44,279 nt of DNA, taken from positions 1 through 44,279 of the forward strand of contig DAOVVV010000023.1 of the NCBI GenBank assembly GCA_030637025.1. Direction: 5' to 3'. The DNA comes from Clostridia bacterium (GTDB lineage: Bacteria; CBDUZB01; JAGLHV01). Positions 37,405 through 44,279 of the stretch are shown here, piece after piece; the stretch's first letter is position 1; each line of letters opens with the position of its first letter. The position numbers were made by a program, and so were the translations under genes. The notes below the pieces were generated by a model, which was given only the letters and a program-made list of their open reading frames with translations, searched no databases and was not told the origin of the DNA.

Positions 37405-38718
37405 TTAAAAAAGAGGATTTTTACTTTCTAAAAATCCTTTTTCTTCATCTACAAAATATAAACCAATTAATCCTATAATAAAAAATACTACCAGGGCTAA
37501 AATCGAAATTCTACTGGAATTAAAAATATGCCCTAACAAGGCATAAACAAAAGGGCCCAGGATACTGGAAAATTTACCGCTTATGGCAAAAAAACTAAAA
37601 AATTCAGCACTATTTTCCGGAGGAACAAAAAGGCTAAAAAGAGAACGGCTGGCCGATTGACTTCCCCCCAAAATAAGCCCTACAATACAACCCAAAATCC
37701 AAAATTCCATTTTTGAACGTATAAAAAAAGCCCAAACAACTACTGCACACCAAATAAAAAGGGTTATAACTAAAGAAGTTTTTATATTTATTTTATCTGC
37801 TAAATATCCGAATAAAAGTGCTCCCAGGAAAGCAACCCCCTGAATTAAGAGAAAACATTTAATTATTTCCCCATGAGACATTCCTAATTCTTTACCGGCA
37901 AAAACAGCCGCCATCACAATTACAGTCTGAATCCCGTCATTATAGATTAAATACGATATTAAAAACCTGGTTAGATGTTTATAATTTTTTATTTTTCCAA
38001 AAGTAGACTTAAGTCTGCTAAAACCAATACTCACATAACTTAATAAACATTTTGAAGTTTGCTTTTTACTTTCTTCTTTTGTCCAGAAAAAAATAGGTAA
38101 AGCAAATAAAATCCACCAAAACCCCACACTTAATAAACTTATTCTTACCGGTAAAAAATTTTTATCCGGTATACCGAATAACTGAGGACTTTGAATCATA
38201 GCTAAATTTAAAAGGAGACACAACCCTCCCCCTAAATATCCTAATGCCCAACCTAAACCCGAAATTCTCCCTACATTTTTCTCATTAGAAATTTCCGGGA
38301 GAAAAGCATTATAAAAAACGTTTCCTCCGGAAAACCCAAGATTGGCTATAACGAAAAAAATTATTGCCGAAAGGTAATCCCCTTCCTGCGTAAAAAATAA
38401 TAATCCGGTAAAAATCGCCCCCAGACAACAATAAAAAAACAAGAATTTCTTTCTTGTCCGGGAAAAATCAGCTATTACACCCAGAATAGGACTACTCAAA
38501 CAAACTAAAATCATGGAAAAAGAAACTACATACCCCCAAAGAACATCGCCAGGCAAATTAAAGCCTAAAATTCGCACTCCCTCTGTTCCAACTATTACCG
38601 TAGCAAAATAAACATTAAAAATTACTGCTAAAATCGTTGTAGCAAAAGCTGAATTGGCAAAATCATACATTGCCCAGGAAAAAATTTCTTTCTTTTTACT
38701 TACATTACTAATTTTCAT
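37405..38718 (-). CDS. MFS transporter (UMF1/BtlA/Atg22-like)
   Basis: WAMYDFANSAF, FYNAFLP, SG.GW..GYLGG, Y.DG, GGSQS.SRS, EFF.F; about 12 TMs. Confidence 0.88.
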   Translation of the reverse strand: MKISNVSKKKEIFSWAMYDFANSAFATTILAVIFNVYFATVIVGTEGVRILGFNLPGDVLWGYVVSFSMILVCLSSPILGVIADFSRTRKKFLFFYCCLGAIFTGLLFFTQEGDYLSAIIFFVIANLGFSGGNVFYNAFLPEISNEKNVGRISGLGWALGYLGGGLCLLLNLAMIQSPQLFGIPDKNFLPVRISLLSVGFWWILFALPIFFWTKEESKKQTSKCLLSYVSIGFSRLKSTFGKIKNYKHLTRFLISYLIYNDGIQTVIVMAAVFAGKELGMSHGEIIKCFLLIQGVAFLGALLFGYLADKINIKTSLVITLFIWCAVVVWAFFIRSKMEFWILGCIVGLILGGSQSASRSLFSLFVPPENSAEFFSFFAISGKFSSILGPFVYALLGHIFNSSRISILALVVFFIIGLIGLYFVDEEKGFLESKNPLF

Positions 38719-38773
38719 TTACATCACCCTAGACCTTAACCCTTGTCCCGGCTTACCCCCTATCCTCCCTTAT

Positions 38774-39613
38774 TCAGGTGGAATAGATTTTCTTCATTGG
38801 ATTTTTAACTTTAAATAGGAAATAATCCTTAATTATTCGGCCATGGTCAAAAGCGAATTTTTCAGGTAAGTTTTGCATGGTAAATAGCTTTAATTCCTGA
38901 GCATCACTCCTGGCTTTAGGATTTCCTTTTCCTTGAGCAACAAAAACCGTAGAAACCGTATGAAAACGGGGATCTCTGCCGGGTTTAGAATAAGTGTGAA
39001 ATTGAAAAAGATCTTTTAAAGATAAATTTGTTTCCTCTTTTGCTTCTCTTTTTGCCGCTGTCTCCAGACTTTCACCATATTCCACAAATCCCCCGGGAAT
39101 TGCCCAGCCATAAGGAGGGTTTTTTCTTTTAATCAAAACAATACCTTCTTTAAATTCAATAATAATATCCACCGTAGGAACAGGATAAATCCCTTTTTCC
39201 CTCTGGATATAACCGATACACCCCGTTACTAATTCCTTAAAGGTAGAACAAGTTTTCCTATCAGGAAGGACAAAAATAATTTCTCCTAAAAAAGAGTGCT
39301 TTTCGAAATGTTTGGATATTTCCCCAATCACTATTCGGCATAATCCTTCTAAAGATAAACTTTTATTTCCACTACAGAGAACAGAAAAAGCAATGGAAGT
39401 AATCTTTTTTTCTTCTACTATTTTTAAAACATCCCTTATCGCAAGCTTTATTTTATTTTTATTACCCCCGGCCAAAACCTTTATTCTACGAATAAAAGAT
39501 ACTTCTTTTTTATCTAACACTAAATTATTATCAGTAAAAAAAACTATTGCCCCTACAGTCTGTCTAAACATATTCTTCTGAACAATTTTAACCTTAGTAT
39601 TTTCTATCTTCAT
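38774..39613 (-). CDS. degenerate macrodomain fused to a NUDIX hydrolase (ADP-ribose pyrophosphatase-like)
   Basis: Intact Nudix box ([22 protein letters not shown]), RDPR and AFDH; N-half keeps macro-like AIV and SIAF strands; start set at MKIEN (frame open to 39655). Confidence 0.8.
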   Translation of the reverse strand: MKIENTKVKIVQKNMFRQTVGAIVFFTDNNLVLDKKEVSFIRRIKVLAGGNKNKIKLAIRDVLKIVEEKKITSIAFSVLCSGNKSLSLEGLCRIVIGEISKHFEKHSFLGEIIFVLPDRKTCSTFKELVTGCIGYIQREKGIYPVPTVDIIIEFKEGIVLIKRKNPPYGWAIPGGFVEYGESLETAAKREAKEETNLSLKDLFQFHTYSKPGRDPRFHTVSTVFVAQGKGNPKARSDAQELKLFTMQNLPEKFAFDHGRIIKDYFLFKVKNPMKKIYST

Positions 39614-39626
39614 TTTTTCCCTTTGA

Positions 39627-40388
39627 TTATGTAATATTAAACAGCGCTTTAACATTTTGCATAGTACTTTTTTCTAATTCGGATAAAGAAACCCCGCGAA
39701 TTAAAGCAACTTCCCCAAAGGTATGTTTTATAAAAGATGGTTCGTTTCTTTTTCCCCTTACCGGTTGAGGAGCAAGATAAGGAGCATCTGTCTCCAGCAA
39801 TAATCGATTCTCTGGAATTAATCCGGCGACTTCTCTCATTATTTGTGCTTTAGGAAAAGTTACTATCCCGGAAAGAGAAATATAAAAACCAAGATTTAAA
39901 CACTCTTTTAATTCCTCCTTATTACCGGAAAAACAATGCATTACTCCGAAATTAATTTTTTCCTCTTTAATTATTTGAAGAGTATCTTTCATTGAATTGC
40001 GGCTATGAATAATCACCGGTAATTTGAACGATTTAGCTAATCGTAACTGTTTTCTGAAAACTTCCTTTTGAATAACCACGGAAGAGTTTTTATAATAATA
40101 ATCCAGTCCTATTTCTCCCAGAGCAACTATTTTAGACCTTTTTAATGAATTTTCAAGACTTTGCCAGATTTCTTTGTATATTGCTGCCTGATGAGGATGA
40201 ATACCAATGGATGCATAAATAAAATCATATTTTTTAATCAATTGAAAAAAATCAGACAAGCACTCTTCTTTAAAATCAGAATAAACACAAATAATCCCGG
40301 TAACCCCTTTCTTCATTCCCTCTTCTATGATTTTTTCCCGGTCATTATCAAAATCTTTACTGGATAAATGGGCATGAGTATCAAACAT
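39627..40388 (-). CDS. tatD: TatD family DNase
   Basis: DTHAH, GIHPH, GEIGLDY, IHSR, HCFSG, ETDAPYL.P.P.RGKRNEP. Confidence 0.96.
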   Translation of the reverse strand: MFDTHAHLSSKDFDNDREKIIEEGMKKGVTGIICVYSDFKEECLSDFFQLIKKYDFIYASIGIHPHQAAIYKEIWQSLENSLKRSKIVALGEIGLDYYYKNSSVVIQKEVFRKQLRLAKSFKLPVIIHSRNSMKDTLQIIKEEKINFGVMHCFSGNKEELKECLNLGFYISLSGIVTFPKAQIMREVAGLIPENRLLLETDAPYLAPQPVRGKRNEPSFIKHTFGEVALIRGVSLSELEKSTMQNVKALFNIT

Positions 40389-40478
40389 TAAACACCCCTT
40401 CTTTTAACAATATCAGTGGAATCTATTTTTTATGTTATGAAGCAAATATGGAAGGAAATAAAAGACTTTAAAAAAATT

Positions 40479-40847
40479 TTAATAAATATATCTTTCATCT
40501 AAAAGAAAAGCATTTTTTATTAACTCCACCGTATCACCACAAATAGCTACCACATCAAAACGTAAACGGGTATGAGCAATATTTTTTTCTTTGACATAAC
40601 ATAAAGCAGATTTTGCGATTTGATTCTGTTTTCTTTTATCTATTGCTTCCAGGGGAAAACCAAACCAGTCAGATGCCCTATATTTAACCTCTACAAAAAC
40701 AACTGTTTCCTCATCCCGGGCAATAATATCTATTTCTCCCAGCTTTGTACAATAATTTTCACAAATTATTTTGTATTTTTGCCGGCGCAAATAATTTACC
40801 GCTATTTTTTCTCCGTCTTTACCCGATTGTAAATATTTGTTTCCCAT
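40479..40847 (-). CDS. yraN: YraN family (UPF0102) putative endonuclease
   Basis: G..GE..A..YL, GEIDII, VFVEVK.R, RFDVV. Confidence 0.93.
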   Translation of the reverse strand: MGNKYLQSGKDGEKIAVNYLRRQKYKIICENYCTKLGEIDIIARDEETVVFVEVKYRASDWFGFPLEAIDKRKQNQIAKSALCYVKEKNIAHTRLRFDVVAICGDTVELIKNAFLLDERYIY

Positions 40848-41461
40848 ATTAAACTCTTTACCGGTTGAAAAGTCTTACGATGTATAATACAAGGACCGTA
40901 TTTAGTAAGTGCTTCCATATGAATTTTTGTTCCATACCCTTTATTACTAGCAAAACTGTAACAGGGGTATTTCTTGTCCATATCCTGCATAATTTTATCC
41001 CGTGTCACTTTAGCCAGAATAGAAGCCGCAGCAATAACTGCACTCTTTCTATCACCGCCAACAATACTTTCCTGACAAACATCAATTCCGGGAATAATAT
41101 AATTCCCATCAACTAACAAACAATCCGGCATAAAATTCATATTATTAAAAGCTCGACCCATAGTGTAATAAGTAGCTTTAAAAATATTCATCCGGTCAAT
41201 TGTAGATTCATTAACAATTGCAATTCCCATACTTAAACAATTACTAGAAATAAATTGAAAAAGTTTTTCTCGTTTTTTTGCACTCAGTTTTTTAGAATCA
41301 TCTAAGCCTTGAATATATAAATCACCCGGTAATACTACCACTGCAGCTACTAAAGGCCCGGCTAAAGGCCCGCGTCCTGATTCATCACACCCAGCCAGCA
41401 ATGGAAATCCTTTTTGTCTTATTTTTCGGTCAAAAACAAATAATTCCTTAGAACTTTGCAT
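40802..41461 (-). CDS. rnhB: ribonuclease HII
   Basis: DESGRGPLAGP, DSKKL, DGN, IAAASILAKVTRD, NKGYGT..H. Confidence 0.97.
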   Translation of the reverse strand: MQSSKELFVFDRKIRQKGFPLLAGCDESGRGPLAGPLVAAVVVLPGDLYIQGLDDSKKLSAKKREKLFQFISSNCLSMGIAIVNESTIDRMNIFKATYYTMGRAFNNMNFMPDCLLVDGNYIIPGIDVCQESIVGGDRKSAVIAAASILAKVTRDKIMQDMDKKYPCYSFASNKGYGTKIHMEALTKYGPCIIHRKTFQPVKSLIWETNIYNRVKTEKK

Positions 41462-41484
41462 TTAATTCCTTAGAATTTTTAAAT

Positions 41485-41838
41485 TTATTTTTTTTCTTTG
41501 ATTCGGGCAGCCTTACCTATTTTTTTCCTCAAATAATAAAGAGCAGCTCTTCTTACTCTACCTTTTCTAACCACTTCAATTTTATCCAAAGAAGAAGAAT
41601 GAAGAAGAAAAGTTCTTTCTACCCCTATTCCATAAGATATTTTTCGCACGGTAAAAGTACTACCTAATCCTTGTGCTTTTCGACGAATTATATCTCCTTC
41701 AAAAATCTGAATTCTTTTATTTTCACCTTCAACAATTTTTATATACACCTTCACCCTATCCCCGGATTTAAAGGGAGGAATACTTTCTCTAAACATTCCC
41801 TTAAATATTTTAGTTTCTATCTCTCGTATTGAATTCAT
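41485..41838 (-). CDS. rplS: 50S ribosomal protein L19
   Basis: GD.V.V...I.EG...[30 protein letters not shown]. Confidence 0.98.
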   Translation of the reverse strand: MNSIREIETKIFKGMFRESIPPFKSGDRVKVYIKIVEGENKRIQIFEGDIIRRKAQGLGSTFTVRKISYGIGVERTFLLHSSSLDKIEVVRKGRVRRAALYYLRKKIGKAARIKEKK

Positions 41839-41876
41839 TTTCTGACTCCTTTTTTTAATATAAATTAATTTTTATT

Positions 41877-42674
41877 TTATGGTTCTACTTTCTTCTCTTT
41901 CTTATAAGCTAATTTAATTCCAGCCAATATTTCCTTTTCTTCCTTACTCTTTCTAATTTTTTCCAGGAGTTCCGGTTTATTATAAAAAGTATTTTTTACA
42001 GCTTCAATCTTTCTCCATTTTTTAATCCGGCTATGATTTCCCGACAAAAGCACCTCAGGTACTTTCAAATTTTTAAACACTTCCGGCCGGGTATAATGAG
42101 GATAATCAAGTAACCTCCCCGAATATGAATCCTTCCTCACAGACTCCAGTCTGTTTACTGCCTTAGGAATTAACCGTGTCACTGCATCAATTACCACCAT
42201 TGCCGGTAATTCCCCGCCGGTCAAAACATATTCCCCAATCGAAATTTCATCGGTAATTAATGTCTTAACCCTCGCATCAACCCCTTTATAATGACCGCAA
42301 ATAAAAATTAAGCACCTTGCACTCTTTAACCCTTCAGCCATTTTTTGGTTAAACTGTTTTCCTTGAGGAGACATTAAAATTATACGAATATCACTCAATT
42401 TTATATTCTTTTTCCCTTTGGTACGTTCATCTAATATTTTTTTAACCCCACCAAAAATAGGTTCGGGTTTCATAATCATTCCCGCCCCGCCCCCATAAGC
42501 ATAATCGTCAGTAAGGCGATGCTTATCCTGTGTATAATCCCTCAAATTATGTAAATTTATTTGAATAACCTTTTTTTCTTGAGCCCGTTTAATTATACTT
42601 TCAGTAAGAGGACCGGAAAACATACAGGGGAATATAGTCAAAACATCAAATATTAACTTTTTTTTATAACCCAT
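41877..42674 (-). CDS. trmD: tRNA (guanine37-N1)-methyltransferase
   Basis: DD..YGGGAGM, SPQG, CGHYKGVD, SIGEYVLTGGE, P.YTRP, LLSGNH. Confidence 0.97.
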   Translation of the reverse strand: MGYKKKLIFDVLTIFPCMFSGPLTESIIKRAQEKKVIQINLHNLRDYTQDKHRLTDDYAYGGGAGMIMKPEPIFGGVKKILDERTKGKKNIKLSDIRIILMSPQGKQFNQKMAEGLKSARCLIFICGHYKGVDARVKTLITDEISIGEYVLTGGELPAMVVIDAVTRLIPKAVNRLESVRKDSYSGRLLDYPHYTRPEVFKNLKVPEVLLSGNHSRIKKWRKIEAVKNTFYNKPELLEKIRKSKEEKEILAGIKLAYKKEKKVEP

Positions 42675-42912
42675 CTAATCCTTCTAAAAGACAAACTACC
42701 ATTTCCCTCTTATCAAGGTCTATTTTCTTCACCACTTTTTTTATAGCAGGAATGAGTACTTCTCTTTCATCATTTTTTACTACATACACATCATTAGCTG
42801 CTGTTTTCCAAACGCGAGTAATAATTCCTAATTTATTTCTATCTTCGGAAAAAACACTTAATCCCATCAAGTCCTCTATATAGAAAAAATCTTTGCCTAA
42901 TTTATTATTCAT
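42664..42912 (-). CDS. rimM: RimM C-terminal PRC-barrel only (N-terminal domain absent)
   Basis: FY..DL.GL.V, T.ANDVYVV, LIPA....V..ID, LEGL; canonical position between khpA and trmD but only 82 aa. Confidence 0.8.
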   Translation of the reverse strand: MNNKLGKDFFYIEDLMGLSVFSEDRNKLGIITRVWKTAANDVYVVKNDEREVLIPAIKKVVKKIDLDKREMVVCLLEGLDGL

Positions 42913-43014
42913 TATTATTATTTCATGTGTTATTTCAAAAAATCAAATCCTTTTATTTTCCATTATCTGTATTTTGAACAATTATCGTTGCAGTAAAATA
43001 TTCACCCGAATTAC

Positions 43015-43245
43015 TCACTCTACAAGCTCTACTGCCACTTTTTTCCCCTGCTTTATAGCGGCAGTATTAACAATAGTTCTTATTGCCTTTATTATTCTAC
43101 CCTCTTTCCCAATTATCCTTCCCAAATCGTTAGAATTAACTATTAATTCTAACGTAATATCTCTTTTTCCTTTTACTTCTTTAACCTGTACTTCTTCAGG
43201 ATTATTTACCAATAACTTTGCCAGATATAATAAAAGTTCTATCAT
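43015..43245 (-). CDS. khpA: KH-domain RNA-binding protein
   Basis: LV..PE.V, D.GRIIGKEGR...AIRT; follows rpsP. Confidence 0.93.
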   Translation of the reverse strand: MIELLLYLAKLLVNNPEEVQVKEVKGKRDITLELIVNSNDLGRIIGKEGRIIKAIRTIVNTAAIKQGKKVAVELVE

Positions 43246-43268
43246 TTTTTTTCTCCCGAAAACAAAAA

Positions 43269-43583
43269 TTACTTATCGCTTTTGGGTTTCTTAGATTTTT
43301 TGGGCAGCTTTTTTTTAATCCATTTCTTTTTAATACTAATTCCTTCTATCTTACTTAAAAAACTGCTCACTGTCCCTGAAGGAACCGCTCCACAAGACAG
43401 CCAATGAATAACTCTTTCTTTATCCACCGTTATTTTCTCTGAGTTTACTGCTTTTCTTGGATCATATTGCCCCAAAATTTCTAAAACTTTTCCCGTCTCT
43501 CTTTTTCTTGCATCCACAACTACTATTCTATAATACGGTTTTTTCTTTACACCTACCCTTTTCATTCTTATTATTACACTCAT
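43269..43583 (-). CDS. rpsP: 30S ribosomal protein S16
   Basis: IRMKR.G.KKKPYYRIVV.D.R, LG.YDP, WL..GA.PS.TV; Lys-rich tail. Confidence 0.98.
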   Translation of the reverse strand: MSVIIRMKRVGVKKKPYYRIVVVDARKRETGKVLEILGQYDPRKAVNSEKITVDKERVIHWLSCGAVPSGTVSSFLSKIEGISIKKKWIKKKLPKKSKKPKSDK

Positions 43584-43614
43584 AAAACCTCCTCCTCCAA
43601 ATTTACAAACATTT

Positions 43615-43643
43615 ATAATATCCTAAAAAATCAATTATGTCAA
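43615..43643 (-). promoter_or_regulatory. sigma70 promoter of the rpsP operon
   Basis: TTGACA (43643-43638), 17 nt, TATTAT (43620-43615). Confidence 0.7.
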
Positions 43644-43648
43644 TAGAT

Positions 43649-44279
43649 TTAATAAGAAAGATTTTTTAAGTATTTTATTGTCTCTCCTAAATCTTCTGCC
43701 TGATAAAGAGCCGAACCAACAACTAATATGCTTGCTCCTGAAGAAACTGCTTGTGCTGCTGTTTTGATATTTATCCCACCATCAACCTCAATATCTAAAT
43801 TCAGTTTTTCCTTTTCTATTATCGCCTTTAATTTTTCTATTTTTTTCAGGACAGAACAAATAAATTTCTGCCCTCCAAACCCGGGAAAAACGCTCATTAA
43901 CATTACCAGATCTAATTCCGGCAAAAATTTTATTATCTTTTCAATAGGGGTATCCGGGTTTAAACAAACACCCACTCCTTTACCAAGGCTTTTTATTTTA
44001 TTTATAGTATTTCCTAAATCTTTGCAGGACTCAATATGTACCGTAATAAGATCTGCTCCGGCCTGACTAAACGGCAATAAAAATTCATCTGCATTTTCAA
44101 TCATTAAATGTACATCAAAAAATAAATTCGTTTTTGGCCGTAAAGATTTTACCACCATCGGGCCAAAAGAAAGATTGGGAACAAAATGGCCGTCCATAAT
44201 ATCCAAATGCAACATATCCACTTTTTCCTTTTCCATCTTTTTTACTTCTCCGGTTAAATCACTAAAATCACAAGTCAAA
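43649..44279 (-). CDS. rpe: ribulose-phosphate 3-epimerase (5' end beyond the window)
   Basis: HLDIMDGHFVPN, DVHLM, MSV.PGFGGQ, EVDGG. Confidence 0.97.
   Translation of the reverse strand, partial: LTCDFSDLTGEVKKMEKEKVDMLHLDIMDGHFVPNLSFGPMVVKSLRPKTNLFFDVHLMIENADEFLLPFSQAGADLITVHIESCKDLGNTINKIKSLGKGVGVCLNPDTPIEKIIKFLPELDLVMLMSVFPGFGGQKFICSVLKKIEKLKAIIEKEKLNLDIEVDGGINIKTAAQAVSSGASILVVGSALYQAEDLGETIKYLKNLSY

Noticed and set aside
42271-42300. TrmD motif GHYKGVDAR instead of GRYEGIDER as a sign of inactivation
   Set aside because: GHYKG variants occur in other bacterial TrmDs as I recall, and the remaining motifs are intact.
1240-44066. All other + strand ORFs in the track and the nested minus ORF 8658-8855
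   Set aside because: They lie within or across well-supported genes, have no recognisable motifs and are typical shadow or alternate-frame ORFs.

Overview
AT-rich bacterial chromosome segment in which every credible gene lies on the minus strand. It is mostly core housekeeping, read in transcription order: rpe, rpsP-khpA-rimM-trmD-rplS-rnhB-yraN, tatD, macro-NUDIX, MFS, uppS-cdsA-dxr-rseP-ispG-proS, rimP-nusA-infB-rbfA-DHH-ribF, rpsO-pnp-accB, uppP-ftsK-lolA-rodZ-rimO-pgsA-recA, MBL hydrolase-xerD-yicC-alaS-tRNA-Arg(CCG), a small accessory block (cupin, PilZ, HDAC-family, YhaM-like, orphan membrane sensor) and kdsA-kdsC-tal-lpxL. The kds/lpxL/lolA genes imply an LPS-containing diderm; the lineage cannot be fixed from the sequence alone. 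Points beyond the ORF track: (1) an unannotated 42-aa (KKKV[V/A])n histone-H1-tail-like gene directly upstream of a stand-alone DUF2582 winged-helix gene, together resembling a split linker histone; (2) an 84-bp structured tandem repeat at the window start, with a dispersed copy abutting the proS stop codon and hammerhead-core-like motifs; (3) a second short palindromic repeat family; (4) a degenerate macrodomain-NUDIX fusion; (5) a KdsA with an altered KANRS loop, co-transcribed with a transaldolase; (6) a half-length RimM; (7) an unannotated 50-aa membrane protein. All calls come from motif recognition by eye; no searches were run.
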